A stretch of 24,000 nt of DNA from Terriglobia bacterium. Lineage in GTDB: Bacteria > Acidobacteriota > Terriglobia > UBA7540. A program made the translations under genes and the position numbers. The notes beneath the pieces were generated by a model that was not told the origin of the DNA, did no database searches, and worked only from the letters and a program-made list of their open reading frames with translations. This document shows, piece after piece, positions 17,409-24,000 of the stretch (position 1 is its first letter; the number at the start of each line of letters is the position of its first letter). The DNA is taken from contig DASUJZ010000101.1 of the NCBI GenBank assembly GCA_036278995.1, positions 57,631-81,630 on the forward strand, written 5' to 3'.

Positions 17409-18511
17409 CAACCACCAGAACAGAAGCCGGAGCAGCGTCGGGGGTCCAGCAGCAGACCAAGCGGATGTGGGCTGGAGTCTACCGCGGACAGGGTCGGGTG
17501 GTTACTGAGGAGGTTCCCCTGCCGGAGATTGGGGCCGGCGAGGTGCTGGTGCGAGTCCGCGCCTGTGGCATTTGCGGGACTGATATTAAGAAGATCAAGC
17601 ACGGATTTCTGCCTCCGCCGCAGATATTCGGTCACGAAATTGCCGGAACGGTCGAGGCTGTTGGCGACGGGGTGCGCCAGTGGCGGCCCGGCGACCGCGT
17701 GCTGACCTTCCATCACATCCCCTGCGGCGATTGCTTCTATTGCGCTCGGAAGCTCTATTCACAGTGCCCCACCTACAAGAAGGTGGGAGTCACCAGCGGC
17801 TTCCGCCCCAGTGGCGGTGGCTTTGCGGAATACGTCCGTGTCATGGATTGGATCGCCGAACGCGGGATGATCCGGATCCCGCCGGAGGTCAGCTTTGAGC
17901 AAGCCTCCTTTGTCGAGCCGGTCAACACGTGCCTGAAGGCCGTCTACAAGGCACGAATCGAGGCGCGCGATACTGTTCTGGTAGTGGGCCAGGGGCCTAT
18001 CGGCATGCTGCTGATGATGTTGGCCCGCATCTGCGGCGGGAGCAGAGTGATGACGAGCGATCCGATGCCCGCGCGCTGCCGGAAGAGCGTGGAACTCGGA
18101 GCTGAGGAGGCCTTTGATCCTGCGGGCGTGGACCTGGTTGAAGCCATTCGCGCTCGGACTTCCGGCCGTGGTGCGGATGTCGTGCTGGTTGCCGCGCCCC
18201 AGCGTGAACTCCTGGAGCAGGCGCTGACGCTTACCCGTCCCGGAGGCCGTGTCCTGCTTTTTGCATATAACGATCCGCTGCTGCGCGTTGAATTCCCTGC
18301 CGCCACAGTGGGTATCGACGAAAAGGAAATTCTCGGCAGTTATAGCGCTTCATACGATCTGCAGCAAGAATCCGCCCGGTTGATTTTTGAACGCGTCCTT
18401 CCGGTGGAGAAGTTAATTTCTCACCGGCTCCCACTTTCTGAAATCGAGCAGGCTATACATCTGGCAGCTCATCCTACTGAGGAGTCTCTTAAAATCATAG
18501 TGGTGCCTTAA
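17405..18511 (+). CDS. Zinc-dependent medium-chain dehydrogenase/reductase (polyol/threonine-dehydrogenase-like), NAD(H)-type fingerprint
   Basis: 368 aa. Catalytic zinc ligands are in ACGICGTD, FGHEIAG and FVEPVNTC. The structural zinc motif is CGDCFYCARKLYSQC (CxxCxxCx7C). The Rossmann motif is VVGQGPIGM, followed by RVMTSD (an acidic residue at the end of beta-2). ATG 17405 overlaps the hpnG stop (ATGA). ATG 17465 (MWAGVYRG...) is an alternative start. Confidence 0.8.
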   Translation: MTTTRTEAGAASGVQQQTKRMWAGVYRGQGRVVTEEVPLPEIGAGEVLVRVRACGICGTDIKKIKHGFLPPPQIFGHEIAGTVEAVGDGVRQWRPGDRVLTFHHIPCGDCFYCARKLYSQCPTYKKVGVTSGFRPSGGGFAEYVRVMDWIAERGMIRIPPEVSFEQASFVEPVNTCLKAVYKARIEARDTVLVVGQGPIGMLLMMLARICGGSRVMTSDPMPARCRKSVELGAEEAFDPAGVDLVEAIRARTSGRGADVVLVAAPQRELLEQALTLTRPGGRVLLFAYNDPLLRVEFPAATVGIDEKEILGSYSASYDLQQESARLIFERVLPVEKLISHRLPLSEIEQAIHLAAHPTEESLKIIVVP

Positions 18512-19569
18512 TGGAAACTGATCTCAACGGCGAGATGAACGCCGCGGTGTTGTACGGTCGCGAAGACCTGAAAATTGAACGAATTCCGATACCAACCTTC
18601 ACTCCTGACGAAGTCCTGGTGCGGGTGAAGGTGGCCCTGACATGCGGAACCGACCTGAAAGTCTGGCGGCAAGGTTATCACGCCAGGATGATTGTGCCTC
18701 CGGCCGTTTTTGGACATGAACTCTCCGGAATTGTGGAAGCGGTTGGAAGCGATGTGGATAACGGGCTAAAGCCCGGCGCCTGGGTGGTGCCTGCGAATTC
18801 TGCCCCCTGCAATAAATGCATCTTCTGCCGCAAGGGCCAGTCGAACCTGTGCAATTCGCTTCTGTTTAACAATGGCGCCTACGCTGAGTACATCCGGATT
18901 CCAGGCCGAATCGTCCGTGAGAATACTCTCGAAATTCCTCCCCATGTTCCCTTTCGAGACGCCGCTTTGGTGGAACCGCTTGCCTGCATCCTGCGCGGCA
19001 TTGAAGAAACAGGGATTCAAGCCGGCGATACCACAGTTATTGTGGGATGCGGGCCCATCGGGCTGAAGTTCATCCGAGTTCTGTCCGTCCGCGGCGTGAG
19101 GGTGATCGCCCTCGGCAAGAGGAAGAGCCAGACTCGTACTGCGGAACAACTGGGTGCCTATGCCGCATTTGACGTTTCACGGATGGACAACCCCGTTTCT
19201 GCGGTGCGCCAGCTTACCGAAGGAGGCCTTGGCGCCGACTCGGTAATTGAGGCAGTGGGAATCCCACAGACCTGGCAATGGGCCGTGCAGATGGTGCGGC
19301 GCGGCGGCACGGTCAACCTGTTCGGAGGGTGCCCGCGCGGCAGCCAGGTGCAATTTGACCCGTCGCTGCTTCACTACTCAGAAATCACCATACGGTCGAC
19401 CTTTCATCACACTCCGCAATTCGTTCGCAAGGCCCTCGATGCCGTGGCAAAAGGGGAAATCCGAGCCTCAGACTTTGTGACGGGCGACATCCCGCTGGAT
19501 GAATTGCCTGATTTCTTCCAAAAAATGAAGCACCGGAATGGCGAATTAAAGATGGCGGTCATCCCGTGA
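18511..19569 (+). CDS. Zinc-dependent medium-chain dehydrogenase/reductase (polyol-dehydrogenase-like), NADP(H)-type fingerprint
   Basis: 352 aa. Zinc and Rossmann motifs present: ALTCGTD, FGHELSG, LVEPLAC, CNKCIFCRKGQSNLC and IVGCGPIGL. The Rossmann motif is followed by RVIALGKRKS, which has no acidic residue and a basic cluster. Its ATG overlaps the stop of the upstream dehydrogenase (TAATG, 18509-18513). Confidence 0.8.
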   Translation: METDLNGEMNAAVLYGREDLKIERIPIPTFTPDEVLVRVKVALTCGTDLKVWRQGYHARMIVPPAVFGHELSGIVEAVGSDVDNGLKPGAWVVPANSAPCNKCIFCRKGQSNLCNSLLFNNGAYAEYIRIPGRIVRENTLEIPPHVPFRDAALVEPLACILRGIEETGIQAGDTTVIVGCGPIGLKFIRVLSVRGVRVIALGKRKSQTRTAEQLGAYAAFDVSRMDNPVSAVRQLTEGGLGADSVIEAVGIPQTWQWAVQMVRRGGTVNLFGGCPRGSQVQFDPSLLHYSEITIRSTFHHTPQFVRKALDAVAKGEIRASDFVTGDIPLDELPDFFQKMKHRNGELKMAVIP

Positions 19570-19806
19570 TCTCCCGCCAGATTTAACGGAAAAGTTACTA
19601 CACCACTGTACATTCAAAGCCGACTGCCCAAGAACATTACACGCACGTGGGCTATTGCTCCAAGGTTGCAGCTCGCCCTGATAATGTTCGCTATGGCGTC
19701 GTAAATCCATTTAAATCCTGCCGCTTACCCGTTTTGCCAGCCCGCCGCGCCCTTGCAATCGGTTGCACATGCCCACTTTTCAGATACCTTACTGATCATC
19801 TGGAGC

Positions 19807-19835
19807 TTGCCGAAAACGGATTCAGGATATATCCT
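19807..19835 (+). promoter_or_regulatory. Weak candidate promoter overlapped by a 12-bp perfect palindrome
   Basis: TTGCCG (19807-19812), a 17-nt spacer, then TATCCT (19830-19835), each 4/6 to consensus. The perfect palindrome AGGATATATCCT (19824-19835) covers the putative -10. It lies in the 405-nt non-coding gap upstream of the PEGA gene. Confidence 0.2.
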
Positions 19836-19974
19836 AGGACGTAAGTTTTGAAAGGCCACCGCTATGGGAGGCAGCCGGGAGGGGGTTCCGCGCAGTGAAG
19901 GGCTGGGTGAGGTACGTGTGCCTGGTTACATCATGAGCGCGAGTGAAGACTCCGTACTTCGAAAGGATGTGAAC

Positions 19975-20586
19975 ATGACCCCACTCCGCAGGAACTTTGA
20001 ACACGCTGAGCAAGTGTGGCTGCTGGAATTGGCACGGCCTTTGTTGGTGCCGCTATTGCACCTACTCGAATTGTCCCTACTCCTCGTTCTGGCTAGTAGC
20101 TGTCTCTACGCGCAAGCTGCCGCGGAATATGGTGGGGCTACCTCAGGTATGGCCGCCAGCATCAGCAGAACCAATCTGATGAAGAATGTCACTGTTCCTG
20201 ACATGAGCGCGAACGGCGACAAGTCGGTTATCATGAGCCAGCCGATGAAGACTGCCGGCGCCAACCCAAAATACATCTTCGACTCCATGAAACAGGGCTC
20301 GGTGGCCGAAAACCGCAAGGCGCTGGAAGTGCAGGCGGGCAAGAACGCGGCCAAGCTCATGCTCCGTTCGACGCCCACTCATGCTGACGTGAAGATTGAC
20401 GGTAAACCGGTCGGCAAGACTCCGATCCTGCTGGTTCTGTCTCCCGGCCAATATGATGTAGCGATGAACGGACCGCGAATGGACCACGCAGAGCAGAACA
20501 TCGATCTGCTGCCGAATGAAACACGAGAGTTCCTGCTGCCTCTCAAACAGCTTTACCCGACTACGGTCAAGATTCAACTGCACTGA
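19975..20586 (+). CDS. Secreted/membrane-anchored PEGA-domain protein
   Basis: The C-terminal region LMLRSTPTHADVKIDGKPVGKTPILLVLSPGQYDVAMNG matches the PEGA consensus (S.P.gA.V.iDG...G.TP). There is a hydrophobic leader LLELSLLLVLASSCLYAQAAA. The track ORF starts at 19864. ATG 19975 has GAAAGGA (19961-19967) 7 nt upstream and places the hydrophobic segment near the N-terminus. Confidence 0.65.
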   Translation: MTPLRRNFEHAEQVWLLELARPLLVPLLHLLELSLLLVLASSCLYAQAAAEYGGATSGMAASISRTNLMKNVTVPDMSANGDKSVIMSQPMKTAGANPKYIFDSMKQGSVAENRKALEVQAGKNAAKLMLRSTPTHADVKIDGKPVGKTPILLVLSPGQYDVAMNGPRMDHAEQNIDLLPNETREFLLPLKQLYPTTVKIQLH

Positions 20587-20616
20587 AAGCGCGGAGTAAT
20601 TTGCAGGGAGTTTGCC

Positions 20617-21594
20617 ATGGGCGGTCCAGTATTTGACAGGCAGGTATTTGTAAAAAAGACGGAGCCGAAAGCTCCTCTGTCAAGATCCCCGTTGCCGGGA
20701 GGCATGGTGCTCTTGCTGGTTGCGGCGCTGTCTGCTTTTGCCACCTACCGGTACGTGAAAGCCGGCGGCAAGGATCCTTCAAACCCCGCGGACAAAGCCC
20801 AAATCGCCGAACTGCAGACCAAGCTGAGGGTGGCGCAGGACCGCGTGAACGAACTTGAGAAGCGGAGACACGCCGCGCCTGCCAGACGAGCCCCTGTCAA
20901 AAGCATCGCCAACACCACCAAAGCGGCGCCCTCCGAGAGCAGATTGCTGGCTGCGTCGGCAGCGCGACCTACCGGTCACTTTCGCGGTGAACCGCTCGCC
21001 GGCAACGTGCATCATTCTACCACCGGCGGATCGCCCTCGGCCGCGCTTCCTGCTGCCGGACCTGCTTCGGAAAAGGCGCCAGACCCTGCGGCCAAAGCCC
21101 CGGCCACAAACGGCCAGGTATTGCCCGCCAAAGAACTGAATGCGATCCAGGGAAACCTTGCTGCCAGCCACGACGAATGGCGCGCAACGACGGACCGCCT
21201 GGGTAACGTGGTCGGCGAGCTCGACACGCAGCGCTCGGCAATCCAGCAGACGCAAAGCGGCGTGAACTACCTTCTTGAAAGAGCCCAACGATCCGATGTT
21301 CCCTTCAAGCTCGCAAAAGGATCCGGACTCCAGCGCATCGGCCCAATCCCGATGGAGCTGGAATCCACCAGTGTCAGAGAGCAGCATTACACCGTTCGCA
21401 TGATGGTGGACGACAAGTCCGTTGTGTTGAAAGACCGCGCCCTGAATGAAATCGTGCAGTTCTACACTTCGCGAAGCAAGTATCCTCTTCGGCTGATCGT
21501 TTCACAGATTGGAAGAGGAGAGGTTTCAGGGACGCTGGCCATTCCAACAGAATTAACCCACCAGATGAGCAACACTCAGCTTCGAGAGAGGTAG
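20617..21594 (+). CDS. Hypothetical single-pass membrane protein: TM anchor, coiled coil, Ala/Pro-rich linker and an uncharacterised C-terminal domain
   Basis: 325 aa. AGGGAG (20605-20610) lies 6 nt before the ATG, and the gene starts 30 nt after the PEGA gene stop. It has a TM segment MVLLLVAALSAFATY and a heptad-like stretch AQIAELQTKLRVAQDRVNELEKRR. A low-complexity A/P/S region follows (AAPARRAPV...SPSAALPAAGPASEKAPDPAAKAPA). A second helical stretch comes next, then an approximately 100-aa C-terminal domain (...HYTVRMMVDDKSVVLKDRALNEIVQFYTSRSKYPLRLIVSQIGRGEVSGTLAIP). I recognise no family. Confidence 0.55.
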   Translation: MGGPVFDRQVFVKKTEPKAPLSRSPLPGGMVLLLVAALSAFATYRYVKAGGKDPSNPADKAQIAELQTKLRVAQDRVNELEKRRHAAPARRAPVKSIANTTKAAPSESRLLAASAARPTGHFRGEPLAGNVHHSTTGGSPSAALPAAGPASEKAPDPAAKAPATNGQVLPAKELNAIQGNLAASHDEWRATTDRLGNVVGELDTQRSAIQQTQSGVNYLLERAQRSDVPFKLAKGSGLQRIGPIPMELESTSVREQHYTVRMMVDDKSVVLKDRALNEIVQFYTSRSKYPLRLIVSQIGRGEVSGTLAIPTELTHQMSNTQLRER

Positions 21595-21781
21595 GCAGAA
21601 GGCCTGGGCGCCGGACGCCCGCTATCTCGATTTCTTGCAGCTTGAATCCCTGGACACTTTCCGCCACCGTTCGAGTTAATCTCGCTTCCGCAGATCGCTT
21701 TCTCCCAAACTGCTGATCCTCCTTTGCCAATCTGGGTCTGTTCGCGCCGATTAAAACGGAGCGGCACGTCCGCCTTTCTCT

Positions 21782-21810
21782 TTGACTTCGGACCGCGGAA
21801 TAGCCATAAT
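21782..21810 (+). promoter_or_regulatory. Candidate sigma70-type promoter for the GH78-like gene
   Basis: TTGACT (21782-21787), an exact 17-nt spacer, then CATAAT (21805-21810). That is 5/6 plus 5/6 to consensus, about 83 nt upstream of ATG 21893. Promoter consensus in this phylum is poorly defined, so this is tentative. Confidence 0.35.
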
Positions 21811-21840
21811 CGCGGCCTTGGACCGATTCAGCATCCGTCG

Positions 21841-21868
21841 TATTGGCAATCAACTCTTGATTGCAATA
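21841..21868. repeat. Inverted repeat (candidate operator or 5'-UTR hairpin) between the candidate promoter and the RBS of the GH78-like gene
   Basis: TATTGGCAATCAA (21841-21853), CTC, TTGATTGCAATA (21857-21868). The right arm is the exact reverse complement of the left arm apart from one bulged G (21845/21846), giving 12 paired positions. It ends 10 nt before the AGGAG. Confidence 0.35.
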
Positions 21869-21892
21869 CACAAGCCTCAGGAGATTCCCGTG

Positions 21893-24000
21893 ATGAGCGC
21901 GAGCAGCGTCCGAATACTAATTTTTGTTGCATGCTTTCTAAGCGCATTCCCTTCCACGAGCTCCAGTTCCAGGAAGTCAAATCCGGCCATCCTGCATCAG
22001 CACTGGACGAGCCAATGGATTGCGAGTCCCGGCAGTCCGCATCGCGAGTTCGGCGTTTACTATTTTCGAAAGGAGTTTTCAGTTGCGAGCCAGCCCGAGC
22101 ACTTTGTCATTCATGTGAGCGCCGATAACCATTACCAGCTCTTCGTAAACGGTACGCGAGTCTCCACAGGCCCGGCGCGGGGCGACCTGTTCCACTGGCG
22201 GTACGAAACCCTCGACATCGCCAGCCATCTCCAGAGCGGACGCAACGTTATCGCCGCCATTGTCTGGAACTTTGCCGAGCTTGCTCCCATGGCCCAGATA
22301 AGTAATGAGACCGGTTTGATTGTGCAGGGCGACACCGCAGAGGAAGCAGCGGTGAATACCAACGCAAGCTGGAAAGTCCTGGAGAGCCAGGCCGTCCGGA
22401 TGATTCCCGTCAACCGCAAGGCGATTCCCTTCTATATGGTGGTGGGCCCGGGGATTCGGCTGGACGCATCCCGCGTTCCCTGGGGATGGCAGGATGCGGG
22501 TTTTGACGACACAGCGTGGAAACCGGCGGCGGTGCTGGTGGAAGGAGGACCGCGCGGAATTCAGGACAGCCACTCCCCCTGGATGCTGGTGCCGCGAACC
22601 ATCCCCATGATGGAAGAGAAACTTCAGCGCCTGGTGAGCGTCAGAAGGTCGCAGGGCGTCGAGATTCCGGACACGTTTCTGCAAGGGCATTCGCCGGTGA
22701 CCATCCCGGCCAACACAACCGCCGCACTGCTTTTCGACCAGAGTTTTGAAACGACCGCCTATCCGGAACTCGTGGTCAGTGGCGGGAAAGGCTCGGTGAT
22801 TACGCTGACCTATGCGGAGGCGTTGTGGAAGGGCCGCGAGAAAGGGGACCGGAACGACATTCAGGGCAAAAAGATGCTGGGGATGCAGGACCAGTTCCTT
22901 CCCGACGGCGGCCGGCGACGCATGTTCCGGACGCTCTGGTGGCGCACTTTCCGTTACCTGGAGCTTGCGATCACCACCGGCGACGAACCCCTCACGCTCG
23001 ACGACCTTCGCGGGATCTTTACCGCGTATCCATTCACCGTAAATGCCAGCTTTGAGAGCGGAGACCCGACGCTCCAGAAGATGTGGAAGGTCGGCTGGCG
23101 CACCGCGCGGCTCTGCGCTCACACAACCTATATGGATTGCCCGTACTATGAGCGATTGCAGTACGGCGGCGACACGCGAATCCAGATATTGATCTCGCTT
23201 TACATGACGGGCGACGACCGCCTGGCGAAGAATGCCATCGAACTGCTGAACGAGTCGCGCATTCCTGAAGGCATCACGCAAAGCCGTTATCCTTCGCGCC
23301 TGCCGCAATTCATTCCTCCGTTTTCGCTCTTCTGGATCGGCATGATGCACGACGTCTGGTGGTATCACGGCGACACGGCATTTCTCGAGCAGTATCTTCC
23401 GGGCATGAGGGACGTCCTCGGGTGGTTCGAACGCCGGATGAGCCCGTCCGGTTTGCTGGGGCGGCTGGAGTGGTGGAACTTTGTTGACTGGACTCCGCAA
23501 TTCAACGATGGCGTGCCTCCCCAGGAAGCGGACGGGCAATCGTCAATCCTCACGCTGCAATTTGTCGCGGCGCTTCAAGATGCCGCCGACCTGGAATCAA
23601 GTCTCGGCAACAAGTCCTTCGCAGAACAGGACCGCGCTCTGGCGGCAAAAATTGCGCGCGCTGTTTACGACAAGTGCTGGGACCCGGCACGCGGCCTGCT
23701 CGCTGATACTCCCGCGCACAAGAACTTTAGCCAGCATGCCAACATCCTCGGCGTCCTCACCAACGCCATCGCCGCCGAGCAACAGAAAGGCGTGATGCAG
23801 AAAGTTTTGACGGAGTCTGCACTGGCGCAGTGCTCATACTACTTTCGGTTCTACCTGTTCCGCGCCGTTAAGAAAGTCGGGCTGGGCGATGAGTATCTCA
23901 GCCTGCTAGGGCCGTGGCGGCAGATGCTCGATCTCGGCCTGACCACCTGGGCAGAGGAACCTGAGCCCGTGCGGTCTGACTGCCACGCCTGGAGCGCCCA
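21893..24000 (+). CDS. Secreted GH78-like glycoside hydrolase (alpha-L-rhamnosidase family, six-hairpin catalytic domain), 3'-truncated by the window end
   Basis: Absent from the track because it has no stop in the window. The frame is open from ATG 21893 (AGGAG at 21879-21883) to 24000. It has a signal peptide MSASSVRILIFVACFLSAFPS. The rhamnosidase N-domain pattern is WTSQWIASPGSPHREFGVYYFRKEFSVASQPEHFVIHVSADNHYQLFVNGTRVSTGPARGD...ETLDIASHLQSGRNVIAAIVWNF. The catalytic-domain pattern is MDCPYYERLQYGGDTRIQILISLYMTGDDRLAKNAIELL...EGITQSRYPS...FSLFWIGMMHDVWWYHGD. The family call is by motif memory and substrate is not assignable. Confidence 0.6.
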   Translation, partial: MSASSVRILIFVACFLSAFPSTSSSSRKSNPAILHQHWTSQWIASPGSPHREFGVYYFRKEFSVASQPEHFVIHVSADNHYQLFVNGTRVSTGPARGDLFHWRYETLDIASHLQSGRNVIAAIVWNFAELAPMAQISNETGLIVQGDTAEEAAVNTNASWKVLESQAVRMIPVNRKAIPFYMVVGPGIRLDASRVPWGWQDAGFDDTAWKPAAVLVEGGPRGIQDSHSPWMLVPRTIPMMEEKLQRLVSVRRSQGVEIPDTFLQGHSPVTIPANTTAALLFDQSFETTAYPELVVSGGKGSVITLTYAEALWKGREKGDRNDIQGKKMLGMQDQFLPDGGRRRMFRTLWWRTFRYLELAITTGDEPLTLDDLRGIFTAYPFTVNASFESGDPTLQKMWKVGWRTARLCAHTTYMDCPYYERLQYGGDTRIQILISLYMTGDDRLAKNAIELLNESRIPEGITQSRYPSRLPQFIPPFSLFWIGMMHDVWWYHGDTAFLEQYLPGMRDVLGWFERRMSPSGLLGRLEWWNFVDWTPQFNDGVPPQEADGQSSILTLQFVAALQDAADLESSLGNKSFAEQDRALAAKIARAVYDKCWDPARGLLADTPAHKNFSQHANILGVLTNAIAAEQQKGVMQKVLTESALAQCSYYFRFYLFRAVKKVGLGDEYLSLLGPWRQMLDLGLTTWAEEPEPVRSDCHAWSA

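Noticed and set aside
19647-19844. 65-aa GTG-initiated ORF in the long intergenic gap
   Set aside because: It has no RBS and an odd composition, and it lies in a lower-GC region. It is more likely non-coding.
19864-19974. 37-codon N-terminal extension of the PEGA protein
   Set aside because: ATG 19975 has a properly spaced GAAAGGA and puts the hydrophobic leader near the N-terminus. The extension (MGGSREGVPRSEGLGEV...) looks non-coding.
20779-21387. 202-aa minus-strand ORF, and the 165-aa ORF at 21374..21871
   Set aside because: Both are antisense to or overlap the 20617..21594 gene, which has a good RBS and a sensible domain organisation. Neither ORF has an RBS or motif.
21606-21620. GGGCG-CCGGA-CGCCC hairpin after the 20617..21594 gene, considered as an intrinsic terminator
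   Set aside because: The stem is only 5 bp, and the downstream sequence (GCTATCTCGATTTCTT) is only weakly T-rich. This is too weak to report as a feature.
22079-23539. 486-aa minus-strand ORF, the longest unexplained ORF in the track
   Set aside because: It lies entirely antisense to the plus-strand frame that carries clear GH78-like motifs and a signal peptide. Its translation is Arg/Pro/His/Gly-rich with no recognisable motif, which is typical of a high-GC shadow ORF.
1-24000. Scan for CRISPR arrays, tRNA/rRNA genes, transposases or integrases, terminal inverted repeats and long direct repeats
   Set aside because: I could see none by eye. Coding density and composition look like core chromosome, with no sign of a mobile or defence island. 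A computational repeat and ncRNA scan would be needed to exclude short elements.

Overview
High-GC (roughly 58-60% by eye) bacterial chromosomal window. Gene content suggests Acidobacteriota (Oar-like CarboxypepD_reg/TonB-type receptor, PEGA and TPR envelope proteins), but that assignment is inference only. The core is a hopanoid (bacteriohopanepolyol, BHP) biosynthesis locus in two parts. (1) A plus-strand, tightly coupled operon ispH-shc-hpnH-hpnA-hpnG (11.5-17.4 kb) is extended by two zinc-dependent medium-chain (MDR) dehydrogenases (17.4-19.6 kb). These are not part of the canonical hpn gene set as I know it. (2) A minus-strand operon (10.0-5.2 kb) encodes hpnJ (B12/radical-SAM), an overlapping pair of half-size EamA/DMT membrane proteins (ArnE/ArnF-like architecture) and two tandem HpnI-type (GT21-like) glycosyltransferase paralogs. 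It converges, with only 6 bp between stop codons, on an ArnT/PMT-like GT-C glycosyltransferase. Flanking genes are a partial secreted M1-type peptidase, an Oar-like TonB-dependent receptor, a TPR protein, a PEGA-domain protein plus an unknown membrane-anchored protein, and a partial GH78-like (alpha-L-rhamnosidase family) glycosidase. I saw no rRNA, tRNA, CRISPR array, transposase or integrase. Many long antisense ORFs in the track are high-GC shadow ORFs. The two points most worth follow-up are the MDR dehydrogenase pair, as candidates for the unassigned ribosylhopane-to-bacteriohopanetetrol reduction or another side-chain redox step, and the hpnJ / DMT-pair / 2x HpnI-like / GT-C arrangement. 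That arrangement has the logic of an Arn-like 'glycosylate, flip, transfer in the periplasm' pathway attached to hopanoid genes. All family assignments come from motif recognition by eye; no searches were run.
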